From Thalia democratica (lineage: Eukaryota), in assembly GCA_965202585.1 (NCBI GenBank), contig OZ241826.1:88846001-88910000 (forward strand): DNA of 64,000 nt, in the 5' to 3' direction. A model generated the notes under the pieces. It was not told where the DNA came from and ran no database searches. It saw only the letters and a program-made list of their open reading frames with translations. A program made the translations under genes and the position numbers. Of this stretch, positions 1 through 12,400 are shown in pieces. Position 1 is the first letter of the stretch. Every line of letters starts with the position of its first letter.

Positions 1-17
1 TTAAAAACTATATATAA

Positions 18-330
18 CAGGGTTGCCACTTAACCTGGAAAATCCTGGATTTTGACAATTTTCACATGTTCAGTAGTAAAGTTTCGATTTGACTCAAAAA
101 ATCTATCATATATATAAAAATGTTTTGTCATCACCGAAAATTCTATTTATTAAAAAACATATTTAAAGTAGCTTTACAGTTTCTTTTCAAAGCCTTTATA
201 CTATTTAACACAGTTTCTTATCTTATACTTAACTTTAAACTAAAAATAGACCGAAAAAGGTGTACTTTTAAAAATCAGGAAGAAATTTGGAAAACCTGAA
301 AAAAAACTTTGAAAAAACGAGTTGTAACTG
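18..330. mobile_element. Degenerate hAT-like MITE (CAGGGTTGCCA family)
   Basis: Begins CAGGGTTGCCAC and ends in a decayed GTTGTAACTG. Related termini at 18872, 55632 and 56020. No clean TSD. Confidence 0.5.
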
Positions 331-481
331 TAATAATCAATTGTACTATATTGTCAGGAGCCACCTTTTTATAAAACATACCAATCTCAAATGAAAAATT
401 TTTGTTCGAAAATATATTATAAATATTTTTATTCACAGACACACATCTTTTAACATGTAATTTAAATATATATGTTAACAG

Positions 482-3400
482 ATAGTATTGCCACTACCCA
501 GCCTGGAAGTGTTATCACAACTTGCTTTGAGCCAATCAAACCAGGAGGCGGTCATGCGTGTCCTCAAATCCCACGTTTCTGATTGGACGAAACAGATTGA
601 TGATTTGCTGTCGCGTGATCCACTGCAATCAACATGGTTTGAGTTGAATGTTTAAAATTTCGTATTGACTTTTTTTAATTGATAATAAATATCGGTTAAT
701 AAGTAATAACTTTATAGTTACGAAAAGTTGTTTAAAATAATCACTTTTAGTAGATATAAAATTTGTTTTATATGCTTCACACTTAATTTGCAATCAACAG
801 AGATTGATTTTGTTGATACAATACAAGTATAAGTTAAACATTGTAACTTTTTTTTGATTTTTGATTTTTTAATAAAAAGTAGTATGTGCAATTATATAAC
901 TCGATAAACTTGAAACTTATTTTAAAGTTAGTTGTGGTTAATTATCATGTATTTTGCCTTGATGAAAGAATTTATGCAATATTGATTTTTTTCTAAGCGT
1001 TCTTTTTTACAAAAAACAATATAAACTACAGTGAGTTGGGTGGAACAGATGAGATGTTGCTACCAAAACATGAGTTTGAAATGTGGCAATGTTACATCAA
1101 CGACATTCAGTCTGTTATGGATCAACTTGATTGTTAGTATTTTAAAAAATTAAAAAATTTAATTATTCAAAATTGATGTTTTTTTAATAACCTTTAGTTG
1201 TTTTTTAATTAAAATATATGCTTAAAAAAAAGTATTATTGCGAAGTTTCAAGTAGCCTTTAAATTTAATTTTTAAACAAAGTTTTATAGTGCAATTTTGT
1301 CTAAATTTAATTAAAAAAGGTATTATTTTTCAAAATCAAATACAAATATAATTTTTTGTAAAAATCTCAACCATTGTTACAAAAGTTTATGCATATCAGT
1401 ACCAGTAGGAGATTGTCTAAGTCTTAATTAAATCTTCCAATTAAAAATTTTCAAAGTTTTAATAAAAGCTTAATTTTTAAGTATAAAAGCATTATTTCGT
1501 TTAATTAAAAGCCAAAAGTAATATTACTAGTTCACATTACATATTACAAATTGTATGAACAGCTGACTCAGTGCGAGACATACTGAACAACATAGAACAC
1601 TGTGGTAAGTTGTGGATGAAATACAACAACTGCGTGTTTGAAATGGAGTGTCAGCTGAAGGAAACTCACAACAGGCTGGCTTTGTTCAACACTTTACTGG
1701 GCTGGATTGATAAAATAAAAGCTGCAGACGGTGTTGAAAACGTTATGAAATGTTAGTTTTGATGTTTGTGTTTCTAGTTTAACTTGATGTTTGTTTTCTA
1801 CTACAGCAATTAAACATGCACTTGGTAGTGAGTTAGTTTTCACATAAAAACCATACTCAGTGTGTTTTTAGGAACAGGTTTTTTTTATTTCCAAAATTTA
1901 TACACAGTTTTAAAAAAAAACTTATAAAGTTAAAATGTATCTTGATTTCGATAAGCAACAATTTTCAAGCAGTTCATTTTAGAAAGTTGTGATTGCTTTT
2001 GTTTAAAACTGTTATTTTATTTTTTCTCTAGAAAATAATATAAAAAGTAGTTCCATATAAGTTTTAATACCTTGTTATTTTTTTTACAGTTAAAAAACGT
2101 TGATGTTTTTATGTTGTATGTAAAAGGCTTTCAACAAGTAAAATTTGGTTTATTAATAATACTTTTTTAAATGTTTTGAAAAAATTATTACTTCATGTGT
2201 AAATGCAGTCATAGTAATTGTAACAGTGAGTACAGTTGACTTATTAGTTGCAAAAATTATTTCAGAATTCTTTGCTTTAAGCTACTTTGTTTTTTTATTA
2301 AACAACAACTTCTATCTCTTAATATCTATGACAAACAAAAAAACTATTAAAAAATAAATAATGAAAAAAGTAAGTTAATCAAAATTGTTCTATTTAATTC
2401 CATAAGCATACAAGTTAAGGTGTGTTATTAAAAGTAATCAAACAGATTTTCCACCACTACTGACAAGCATCAGACTTTTGTGGCAACACTCCAGTTATTA
2501 TCACCAACCTAAATGTTTCAGACACCTACTTAAAATGGTGTCTAATGAGGTTCGTTTGAACTGAAATATTTTCATTTCATATAACTGTAATATACTAGCT
2601 CAATTTAAATTTTAAAGTGTTATAAGTCGTATTAGTTTTAATCAACTTACTTAAGCTTATAGAAGTTGTAAATTATTCACTTACATACATAAATATCAGC
2701 TGTTTTTTGTAAACTAAAAAATTTCAACATAATATTTTTATATTGATAGCAGTTTTTTTTTATTTTATTGACTTTTAAAATGGAGTTATTTCAAACAAAT
2801 TATTCTCAACAACAGTTTTAATTGAAATATGTTTTAAACTTTAACATGTTTTTAGAAGTTCATTTTAAAGTATCTCTTGAAAGTTTTGCAAATGCATTGC
2901 ATGTAATTACAATTTCAATGATGCATTAGCAGCAAAAGGTCTTAAGGCAGCCTGACTTCGTTGTAGTTTTGAAAGCTGTTATATTTTATTATCCTAACAG
3001 GTGGTGTTGAAAGCGAGAGGCATGGTGAACAGGGACATGTTTGAAGACGTTGATTTTTCATACAAACAACTGAAGAAAGCGTTGAAACTTTGCGCAGCTT
3101 TTCGTGGACATTACATTGATTTTAGAGTTCGTACGATAGTAAACACCTTTATAAAAGTCTTTGTGTTTGGTAGTTTTACTACTGGTAGTAATTATTAAAG
3201 TTTTAGTCAAGTAGTAAAAATTTGAAGTATTCCCTTTGATATTTTGCGGTAAGATTCTTAGTTTTTTTTAGGATATCTTTTCTCTATAAATTATTAATTT
3301 ATTAGCTTTTTTTAGTCTTTAAAAGTATATAAAACATATACACTAAAAACATCCTAATGTGTATTATAAAAATAAAACAAAATTCACAATTTCAAAAGTT

Positions 3401-6400
3401 CATCAAAGTTTAAGAGCAGTTAGTTTTGAAATTTGCTGTTAACTATTCATAGTTCGAGATTTTGCTTGTTATTTTTTTCATACAAAACTTTATTATGACA
3501 TCATATAGGAATCAGCGGACAAGTACAACAGCGAAAGGCTGAGGAGCAACAACGAACAGATGCAGTTGCCAAGCAGCAGCAACCCCATCATCGATATTGA
3601 CATGTACGGTCCCCACGGATACCACAACTTCATCAAAATGCAGCAGCAAGTACGTAGAATGGACCAGCAACAACAAGAAGGTTTTTTTACTTGGTGTTGT
3701 TTGTTTTATCCGTTCAATCCTTTTTACTAGTCGTCAAAAGTAAATTTTTTGTTAATTTTAAGTAAAACAGGTCAGATTTGCCTTTGAAAATTATCACTCA
3801 CATATATGTAACTTTTGAAATATTGTAAGTTTTATAAAAAGTTTCCGATACAAACATATGGACCGCAAATTTTTCGGGTCAATTTTCTCGGAAATTCAAA
3901 AAATCACTAAAAATCTATCTTCTCCTTCATTTTTTGAGCTAGAGAGCTTAAACTTTCAGGAAACGTTCCTTTTATAGTTTAAAGTACTTTAAATGTTGAA
4001 ATTTCAAAAAAATTGAAAAATAAAAATTTCTGATTTAAAAAAGAAAAATAAAGTGTTTTTTTTTTTAAATAAAAATTTTATTTTTCAAAATTAATAAAAT
4101 TCCTGCATTTAATCTTCATAAAATTCAATAATACACTGTCTGTGAAAATTTGAAGAATATTGCAAAAAAATGTAGGAGGTGATAGACTTTTAGTAAAATA
4201 ATCTTTTTTCGTGGTTTAAGTTTGCGCCTTCTATTAGGAACCTATTGAGGTCACCGACTTTGATCGCTCATATCTCAAAAATTACTTTGATTTTTTCAAG
4301 CGGTTATAAATGTATGATAGCTCAGATAAAATACTATAAAGTAAGATCAACTTTTAAAAATCAAGGTGGACTCCCCTATGCCCTTAATTAGATCTACAAC
4401 CGCTTTTTTTATTTCTTGAGAACATGTTGAGATATGGTCTCAAAATCTTTTTTTTCTAATTTTATTGTCTTATGTGTAATAACTGAAATGTGCAATCAGT
4501 TTATCTAACAAATAACAAAACTCACAGACTCTGAAGAACTGTCACCGTTGTGGATTAGTTCAAGGTGGCCCTCTCGTACATGCGACAGTTGCTTCAACAA
4601 CCTGAACAATTTCGTCAACACGTGCAACGATACGCTCGACTTGCTGCTGAATTCCCGCCATTTTGCATCTTTATCAACACGTGACCAGTTTGCAGACGAC
4701 AGACTGGTGAAAATTTACGAGGTTATTATAATTAACATTACAGTCTATGACTTCATAGTTTATCTGTTTGAGTATACTTCTTCTACTTACAGAGTAGTTA
4801 GACTTTGAGAATTAAAGAGTCCTTAGTTTTCTGGATTTTTCCTAAAAACTTAGAAAACAATTTTTTTCTTAATTGTAGGTTAAACAAACCAATATTTTTA
4901 CGATAACTGTTTTGTATATGTTTTCTTTGATAAAATTTTCCTAAATACTACAAAAGCTTTCTATTTTAGTCAATAATGCTTTTTTAGTAATAATCTTACT
5001 ACCATAAAAGTTTAAATAAATGTTTTTTTCAAAACAGGCTTTTACTCTGGCAACGTCACGATTCAAGCTCGGCAACCATGACGTCATGTTGCTAGGCAAC
5101 AGTGACAATGTTGACGTCACTCAAACGAGCTTCAGCAAGTCGTTCTTCGAATACAGGAAGGTGATCAAGTCTCTCGAGCTCCAGGTAGCGGAAGTAATAA
5201 AAAACATGTTTGAAAAATCCACCACTCTTTACTCGCGTTTGAGGTAAAAATTAAATAAATCTTGATGACTTTGTTGTTCTAAATTTAGTTTGCTTGTATT
5301 TGCAAACATAAATTCTAATATCGTGTTTTTTTTTTCTTTACTTTTATCACAAAACTTTTAAGTATATGTATCTCCCTTTTATATCCTTTTTAAGGGATAA
5401 ATCCTAAATTAATCTTGCTTAATTAAAAAAAATTTTTCTGTTATTAATGAACAATAATACTTTTTACTAAAAATTTTGTTGAAATAAACTTAATAAAATC
5501 TTAAAAACAATATTCTTACACTTTGCAGTCACATGTTTATAACAAATAAGCGTTTATTTTGTAAATAAAATGTTATATGGGTATGTTTATATAACACTTG
5601 TATCCGTATTTAATTAAAAGAATTTTCTTTTTTTCTTGTAAAAGTCAACGCTTATCAAAATAACTAATAAATTATACACTGAGTTTTCTTTCACGTTATT
5701 ACTATTATTAATATTATTATTTTTTTTAAAAAACAACCTCATTTCGTTATTAATTTGTCACTAGTTTATAACATTTTTTTCTTTTTTAATTAGCTTAATA
5801 AACTTTTGATTAAGTTCACAAACAAAACAGAATAATTGAATGTTTCGAGGGCGTCATATCAAGAGAGGTGGTTCAAAATTTACTGAAAAACGAAATTGAT
5901 GAAATATTACTGAAAACAAAGGAAGATTTGGAAATAGTGGAAAATATGTTCGCAGACAAAAATGATCCGAATCACAAAAATCTTCCTGGTTTTTCCTCAA
6001 ACTTAGTCTGGGTTAGTGTTTAGTTTAAATTTAATTTTTTTAAATGCAGCAGTATTAATACATAATGTTTTGAAGGGAATTTAAATAACATCTTTAAAAT
6101 AACTGTTGTATTTTTTATCTATTCTTTAGTTTTGCTCAAATATGTTATTATAGTTGCAGAATATTTATAAGTTTATTTATAAGTTTTGATGAAATTTATT
6201 TTATAATACAGTTTTAACATATGATATAGTTTTACTCAGTTTGACCAGAAAAGTTAACTACAAATTACTGCAAAATTAATAATTGTTTTACGATTTTATT
6301 AAGGATTTTCTTGATTATAAACAAGCAAGTTTTCTTTCAATGTTATTTAACGTTACGCTTTTACAAAACTGACCCATGAATCAATCCTCTTTAATTTTAA

Positions 6401-9400
6401 GTTACAATATGTTTTGTTTTTTCTGCGAAATTATCGTAAGTAAAATGTTGCTTTCTCAGCTCTTAATATTTATCACAAAACTCGTAAGAACATTTAGGAA
6501 ATTATTATTTTTTAATTTTTATCAAACATTTGAAGTTTTTTTACTTCTAAAATACTGTACATTCCATAAGACAAATATACAATTATTTTTTGTTTATTGT
6601 GACATTTTCAAATTGTGATTATGAAACTCTACTAAAATCCAAATTAATAGAATCCGTATGTTTCCGATCCCTCCACCCAAAATAATACATTTATCAGTGT
6701 ATTATATGTTTTTATTTTTCGGAAAAATTATATTTATTAAATTCTTTCAAGATATTTTAAAGCAGACTCAGTTTCGGTCAAAGACCTCTTCAGTGCTTAT
6801 TTGAAAATTCTTATTCAAATAAAATTATATTAATGATAAATTAATAAGTTCGCACACGCAGGCGAAATCATTGAAGCGTAGAGCCAGGGAGCCAATCACG
6901 TCGTTGAAGCGATGCTGCCCTCAAGTGTTGGAAAGTGAAATTGGTTGGCAGCTGAGGGACAGATTGAACAAGATACTGAACGAAATAAGCATGTACGAAG
7001 CTGAACAACTGAGGATATGCGTTGAACAAGCTCAATCTTACCATTTCAAGTTTGACTGTTTGCATTATAAATGTACTTTAACTTACCGTTACAAATTTTA
7101 GAAAATGGTTTTGTGTTTGTTTTAGTGTTTAACGTCTGGAACATAGTTTCCCAAACTGGGCCAAGTGGCCCCTTTGGGGGCATGAGGTCATAGTTTGAAA
7201 CTTACTTGGGTTATTTTGGAATTGATGGTGAACAGCATAAAATAGGGTCTTAGGCGGTTTAATGGTAACTTTTTTGGAGGTGCTTTTTTAATTTCTTTAA
7301 AGAGGGCATTTTGAGAAAAAGTTAGGAAAACCCTGGTTTAGAAAAATCTCATCATTTTAAGCTTCATGATTTTCTTGGTATAAAAAATTTACCTCATAAA
7401 AGTAGTATAGTTGCTTCTAATATTATATGTGTTTTATTTTTAGGAAATGCCCCCTGAACAAGGTTTCCTAAATAATTAATATAAAAAATTATTAAGAGCT
7501 GCTGCACTTGTAAAGTTTAAAAGTAATGTTTTACTTTGAAAACCTTTTGACTAAAATAAATTGCATAAAAATAAGGATATGTTCAAAGATTCTATACACA
7601 AACCACTTTTAAATATAAATCAATTAAATAGTTTACTTAGTTTAATAATAGTTTTAGAATATGCTTGTATATGATTTTTTATATAAAAAAGATCATGTAA
7701 AATGTAATTACTAAAATATTATAAATAGTATAATTGCAGGAACGATTTGAAGCAACCAGTGTTGATATCAACTGATGAAGGCAAATTGCAAGTCAATATG
7801 AACGTTGAATTCACACAAATCATAAGAGAATGCCAACTTTTGTCAAAACCGCCATTGAATGTAATTTGTAGTTGTAGAGTGATTTTCAATAAATTACAAA
7901 AATTCATTGATTTTAGCTCATCATATTTTGCTTGATACTAGATAGATCATTATTGATCGTAGAAGTTATTTACGATCTAAGAATTATTTTTTTCAAGTTT
8001 TGATCTCGCTTGTTAAAAATAGTTGTTGGTACATTCTAATTATTTGATTTGTTTACATAATATTGTAGTTATATAAGTTTAATCTAGTAAACTTAGTTAG
8101 TATTGGACAATTTTTCAAAGTTTATAAGATAATCTAACTTAAAGTAACTGTATTTTTACTATTCCAATATTCAAGTTCTTAACGCAATGTCACAAAATTA
8201 TAAACACTAAAGTTTAGAACCAATTTTTAACACAACGGTTCAGACTAAATGCTTTTCGAAGATAACAATTTTATTCTGATTTTGGTGAATGATAACTTTT
8301 TTATTATAACAGGGAAACTATTTGTAATTGAAACAATTACTAATTTAGTTTTATACCAAAAACTTTAATTAAATAAAGTTATTTCCAGTGAAATAATAAT
8401 TTGAGTGTAAGTCAGAAAAGTTCAAAAAAAATCTCAATTTTTTTTCAAATGAAAAGTTACTAAAAGTAATAGGAAAAAACTATGTTCAAATTTCATAGAA
8501 TATTTATCTGATCTATAAAATACTTAGGACATTTTAGACCAGGGTTTTCCAATTTTTTTTTTCAAATTGCCTCCTTTACAGAAATTAAAAAGCTATTGCC
8601 GCTCAGACAAAACTACAATTTAAAACAACTAAGACTTTTTTTTTGCTTTTCATCTGCAAATCAAGAATGTCTAGTGCAGCTTTTACCAAAGTGGGCGGTA
8701 TCGCCCCCTGGCGGCGATTTTAGTAAGTTGGGTGGGGGACAAAATTATTAAAGGGGCGATTTTGAAACTTACACTAGATATTCTTGAGTTGCAGGTGGAG
8801 AACAAAATAAAAGGTCTTAGGTATTTTACATGGTAGTTTTGTTGGAGGGGGCAAAAGTCTTTTCAATTTATTAAAAGGGGCAATTTGAAAAAAAAAGTTT
8901 GGGAAACCCTGGTCTAGTGTAAGTTTCAAAATTTAAAAATCACCCCCTTCTGCCCCTTTACTAATTATTGCCCTTAACTTACTAAAATCGCCAACGTTAT
9001 GAAACCCTGTCCTAGACTCTAAACTTTGAATGTAAAGGAAATTATATATGAGTAAACGTCCTGCAACTCACCTAGTACTAGCTAATAGTTTATTTTTATA
9101 TTCTCAGTAAGTTTGAAAGTAGTTATACACTAGTTAATGAAAATACCAAAATTTAAGTATCTAGTACCACCAAGTTAAAAGAGTCTTTTATAAAGTATTT
9201 TGTTATTTAATTGTGTTAAATAAAAGGTATTTTTTTTTAAATAGATAATCTTTAGAGAATATTAAATCATAGTTGCTATAAGAACTAAATAAACAAAAGT
9301 CAGGAAAACAGAAACTATTTGCAGTTACTAGGTAGTAAATAGTTGTTTTTTGATTTAAGTGTGAACCTAAATTAGTTTTCTCAAATGAAAGTTAATTTGA

Positions 9401-12400
9401 CTTAATATTTTTTGGTACTTGTGCTTTTTATGCATGATCTTTTAAACCATCATCTAGTTTACTTAAGATAAAGTTACATTTAGAAGACTCATGTAGTCAT
9501 AAATGTTGTTCGAAAATATTCAAAGTTATATAGTACGTTTAATTCAAAAAAAAATCATAAATATTTATTAGAACTTTTTCTTTTCCAAGATAATTTTCTT
9601 TTAATTGTGCTTGATCAAAAGTACTTGCGAAAAGCTGTAACGAATAAGGTTTCAAAGAAAAAAAGATATATATCGCTACTTTAAACATGAAGTACTTTAA
9701 ATTATTTTAAGTGACGTCTGTAAGATACAAATTAAAAAAACATAACCAATAAAATTTGTACATCATGATCAGCATTATTTTCAAAGGAATAATCAATCGC
9801 AAGAAAACTTAGATAAGCATAACACATCTGTTTAAGCTAAACAATTTTGAGCTCCTGAAACAGTGTGTTATATACATTTGTTAGCTTTATTACAAGAAAT
9901 AAGGAAAGCTGGTAAATGATTTTAAACTAAATGTGTTTTATGATACAAATTTGTTACAGTCGAAAAATAATTGCATAACAGTTAAAAAACGAAAATCTAA
10001 TTATTGTTATTTCGTAAAATTAGTAATTTAACAAACGGTAACTTCAGCGAATATGCACATAAACCCGCTTATATATCTCAACAGCGGTATCTTGCGACTA
10101 TGCCTGCCTGATGAGTCCTAAAAAGGATGAACCGGTCGTAGGTTGTCTCGGATGCTGTTGTTGATGGTCGTGTGGTAAAGTTGTTAAGTAATAAAATATT
10201 TTTGTATCAACCAAAATATTTATATACATTTTAAATACATAACGATTTCGTTAAACACAAAGTTTTCTTTTTTTTATATGCATTACTAACAATTTAAAAC
10301 ATCGTATCTAAATTAAATACTATACCTAGCCTAAATAAAGATTAAAAAACTACTTTTATGGTTTTTAACTGAATTTGACATTTAAAATATTCAAATACCT
10401 AGGGTGACATGAGTTTTTTTAATTAATTAAAACTAGTAATTTAATTTTTTTGTCGGTTATAATAGTGCTGAATGCAATTTTTTTTAGCTTATCAAAAAAT
10501 TTCAGTTAATCGTGTTAACTTTAGCAGCATAACCCTTTAAGTAAAAACAAATAGAAGTTTTAAAAATTAATAGAGGTTTTAAACAGTTTTCGTGACATAT
10601 TTCTTATAATCCTTAAATGAATCTTTAAAGGCAAAAAATTAATTTTAGTAGAGTTTAGTTAAAGCAAGCACTAAAGTTTTAATCGTTAAAAGTTTTTTTT
10701 ACTTAATAATGAGTAGTTTCAAAACTAATAAAGCTTTTGTTAAAATGTTATAATGAACAAACAACAGTAAAAAAAAATATGTTATAAAATTAATTTAAAC
10801 TTATAAGAAAATGTTCATACAATAAAGTATCTGTATTGAAAACGCATTAGTTACTTAATCATTTTTCGGTGCACAATTTAAACATATATGCACTTGAAAA
10901 CTAGAACATAAAAAAAAGTTTTTACTTACGACGATCAAACTTAAACTATTTCTATGTTTATGAGCTAGTTACAATATAACTTGCTTTTTAATATTCTGAA
11001 ATAAAAAACAAAAACGAAATTTTTGAGATTGTTAGCTAAATTAGTTATAACATTTAAGCATGCTAAATTTGTTGTATATCTACAAGTAAACAGTCTTATA
11101 CATCTTACAAGTTAAAATTTTATACTCCCAAATAGTATTAGAATATATTTATAGGATTTAATATATTTTCAGCTGTAAAAGTCTACATATCTACAAAATA
11201 CTGTAAAGTATTTTCAACATCTTAGCTGTTTTCATAACAACTATTTTGGTAAAGAACTTTTTATTTAACAAAATTGATTGATAATTTTCAAACAACTTTG
11301 AAACAGAGTTGCGAATTATTTTTTGATAGTAAAAAGTATAAAACTAGCACAAAGTTTTAGCAGTAGAAGACCTTATATATATTACAATACTTTATAAACA
11401 GGTAAGAATACCTTCAAATTTGCGTTCGATGTTCCGATTGATTGACGTCAAATCCACAAAAACGAGGCAATGCAGGTTGCAGAGAATATGTCGAAAGTAC
11501 AATGACGTCACAATGATACTAAGCAAGAAACAGTCTCTCACGTTCATGTTTGAAAACAAACTTAGTGAAGTGAGTTTTTTTTTTAGTTTTTTACTGAAAT
11601 ATAGTAACATGCGGTTAAATTTATGTTGATCAAAAATACGCGAAAAAAATATCAACAACCCTTTGTTTAGATTAAGTTATACTGACGTCAATTTAAGTAA
11701 GTTAACCTAATACCGAATAATTTTTTTAAGTTAGACAATAAATTTTTCTTCACGTAGCTCTATCTGGGACACGTTCAAAATTCATTCGCGATCAAAATCC
11801 AGCCGATCAAAATCCATCCAGTTAAATTTAAGAACTGCTTACCGATCGAAGGTATGGGTAACGGGTAACAGTAAAAGTGAAAAATAAAATATTAAAAATG
11901 TAAAAAGTTTCAAAACTAATTAATAAAGAAAATATTAAAAAAATCGAGTGGATTTAGACCCAAGTGGATTTTGATCGGGTGGATTTTGATAGTACACCAT
12001 ATATCTATCCCGTAAAGTAAAGTTTACAAACGACATGTTTAAGAAAAATTAGGTATAAATAAATTAGCACAAGTTTATTAATATTCAATTAGGCTGCTCA
12101 GCTACTTGCTTTTGCAAAACAAGACGTGACTTGGTTGTCACCGGACATTGATGACGTAATAGAGCAGCTGACGTCACTCATCGTCGACGACTTGTACGAG
12201 GCTACGTCACGTGTTGAGAAAAACTTGAACGAGATAATGAAAATAACAGAAAGTTGGAATAAAGGTGGAAATAAATCAATTTTTTAACTTAGCTCAGATT
12301 TCTAATTTATACCATTAAAAAATCTTCTATAATTCTACTTATAATAATGAGTAAATAAAACGTTTAACCTTGTATTTATTACACAAAAAACAGAAACTTT

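Larger units (their letters stand above)
482..12264 (+). other. Dynein tail, N-terminal region 1 (DHC_N1-like dimerisation/tail segment)
   Basis: Peptides IVLPLPSL...SHVSDWTKQIDDLL, PKHEFEMW, FPPLLTSIRLLWQHSSYY, HKNLPGFSSNLVW, LQVNMNVEFTQIIRECQLL match the recalled motif order of two-headed axonemal dynein tails. Recognition is from family knowledge, not an HMM run. Confidence 0.75.

Noticed and set aside
631-1038. TGAGTTG repeated at both ends of the first intron, hinting at non-canonical splicing
   Set aside because: A normal GT(637)-AG(1031) intron keeps the frame. No non-GT-AG intron was needed anywhere in the model.
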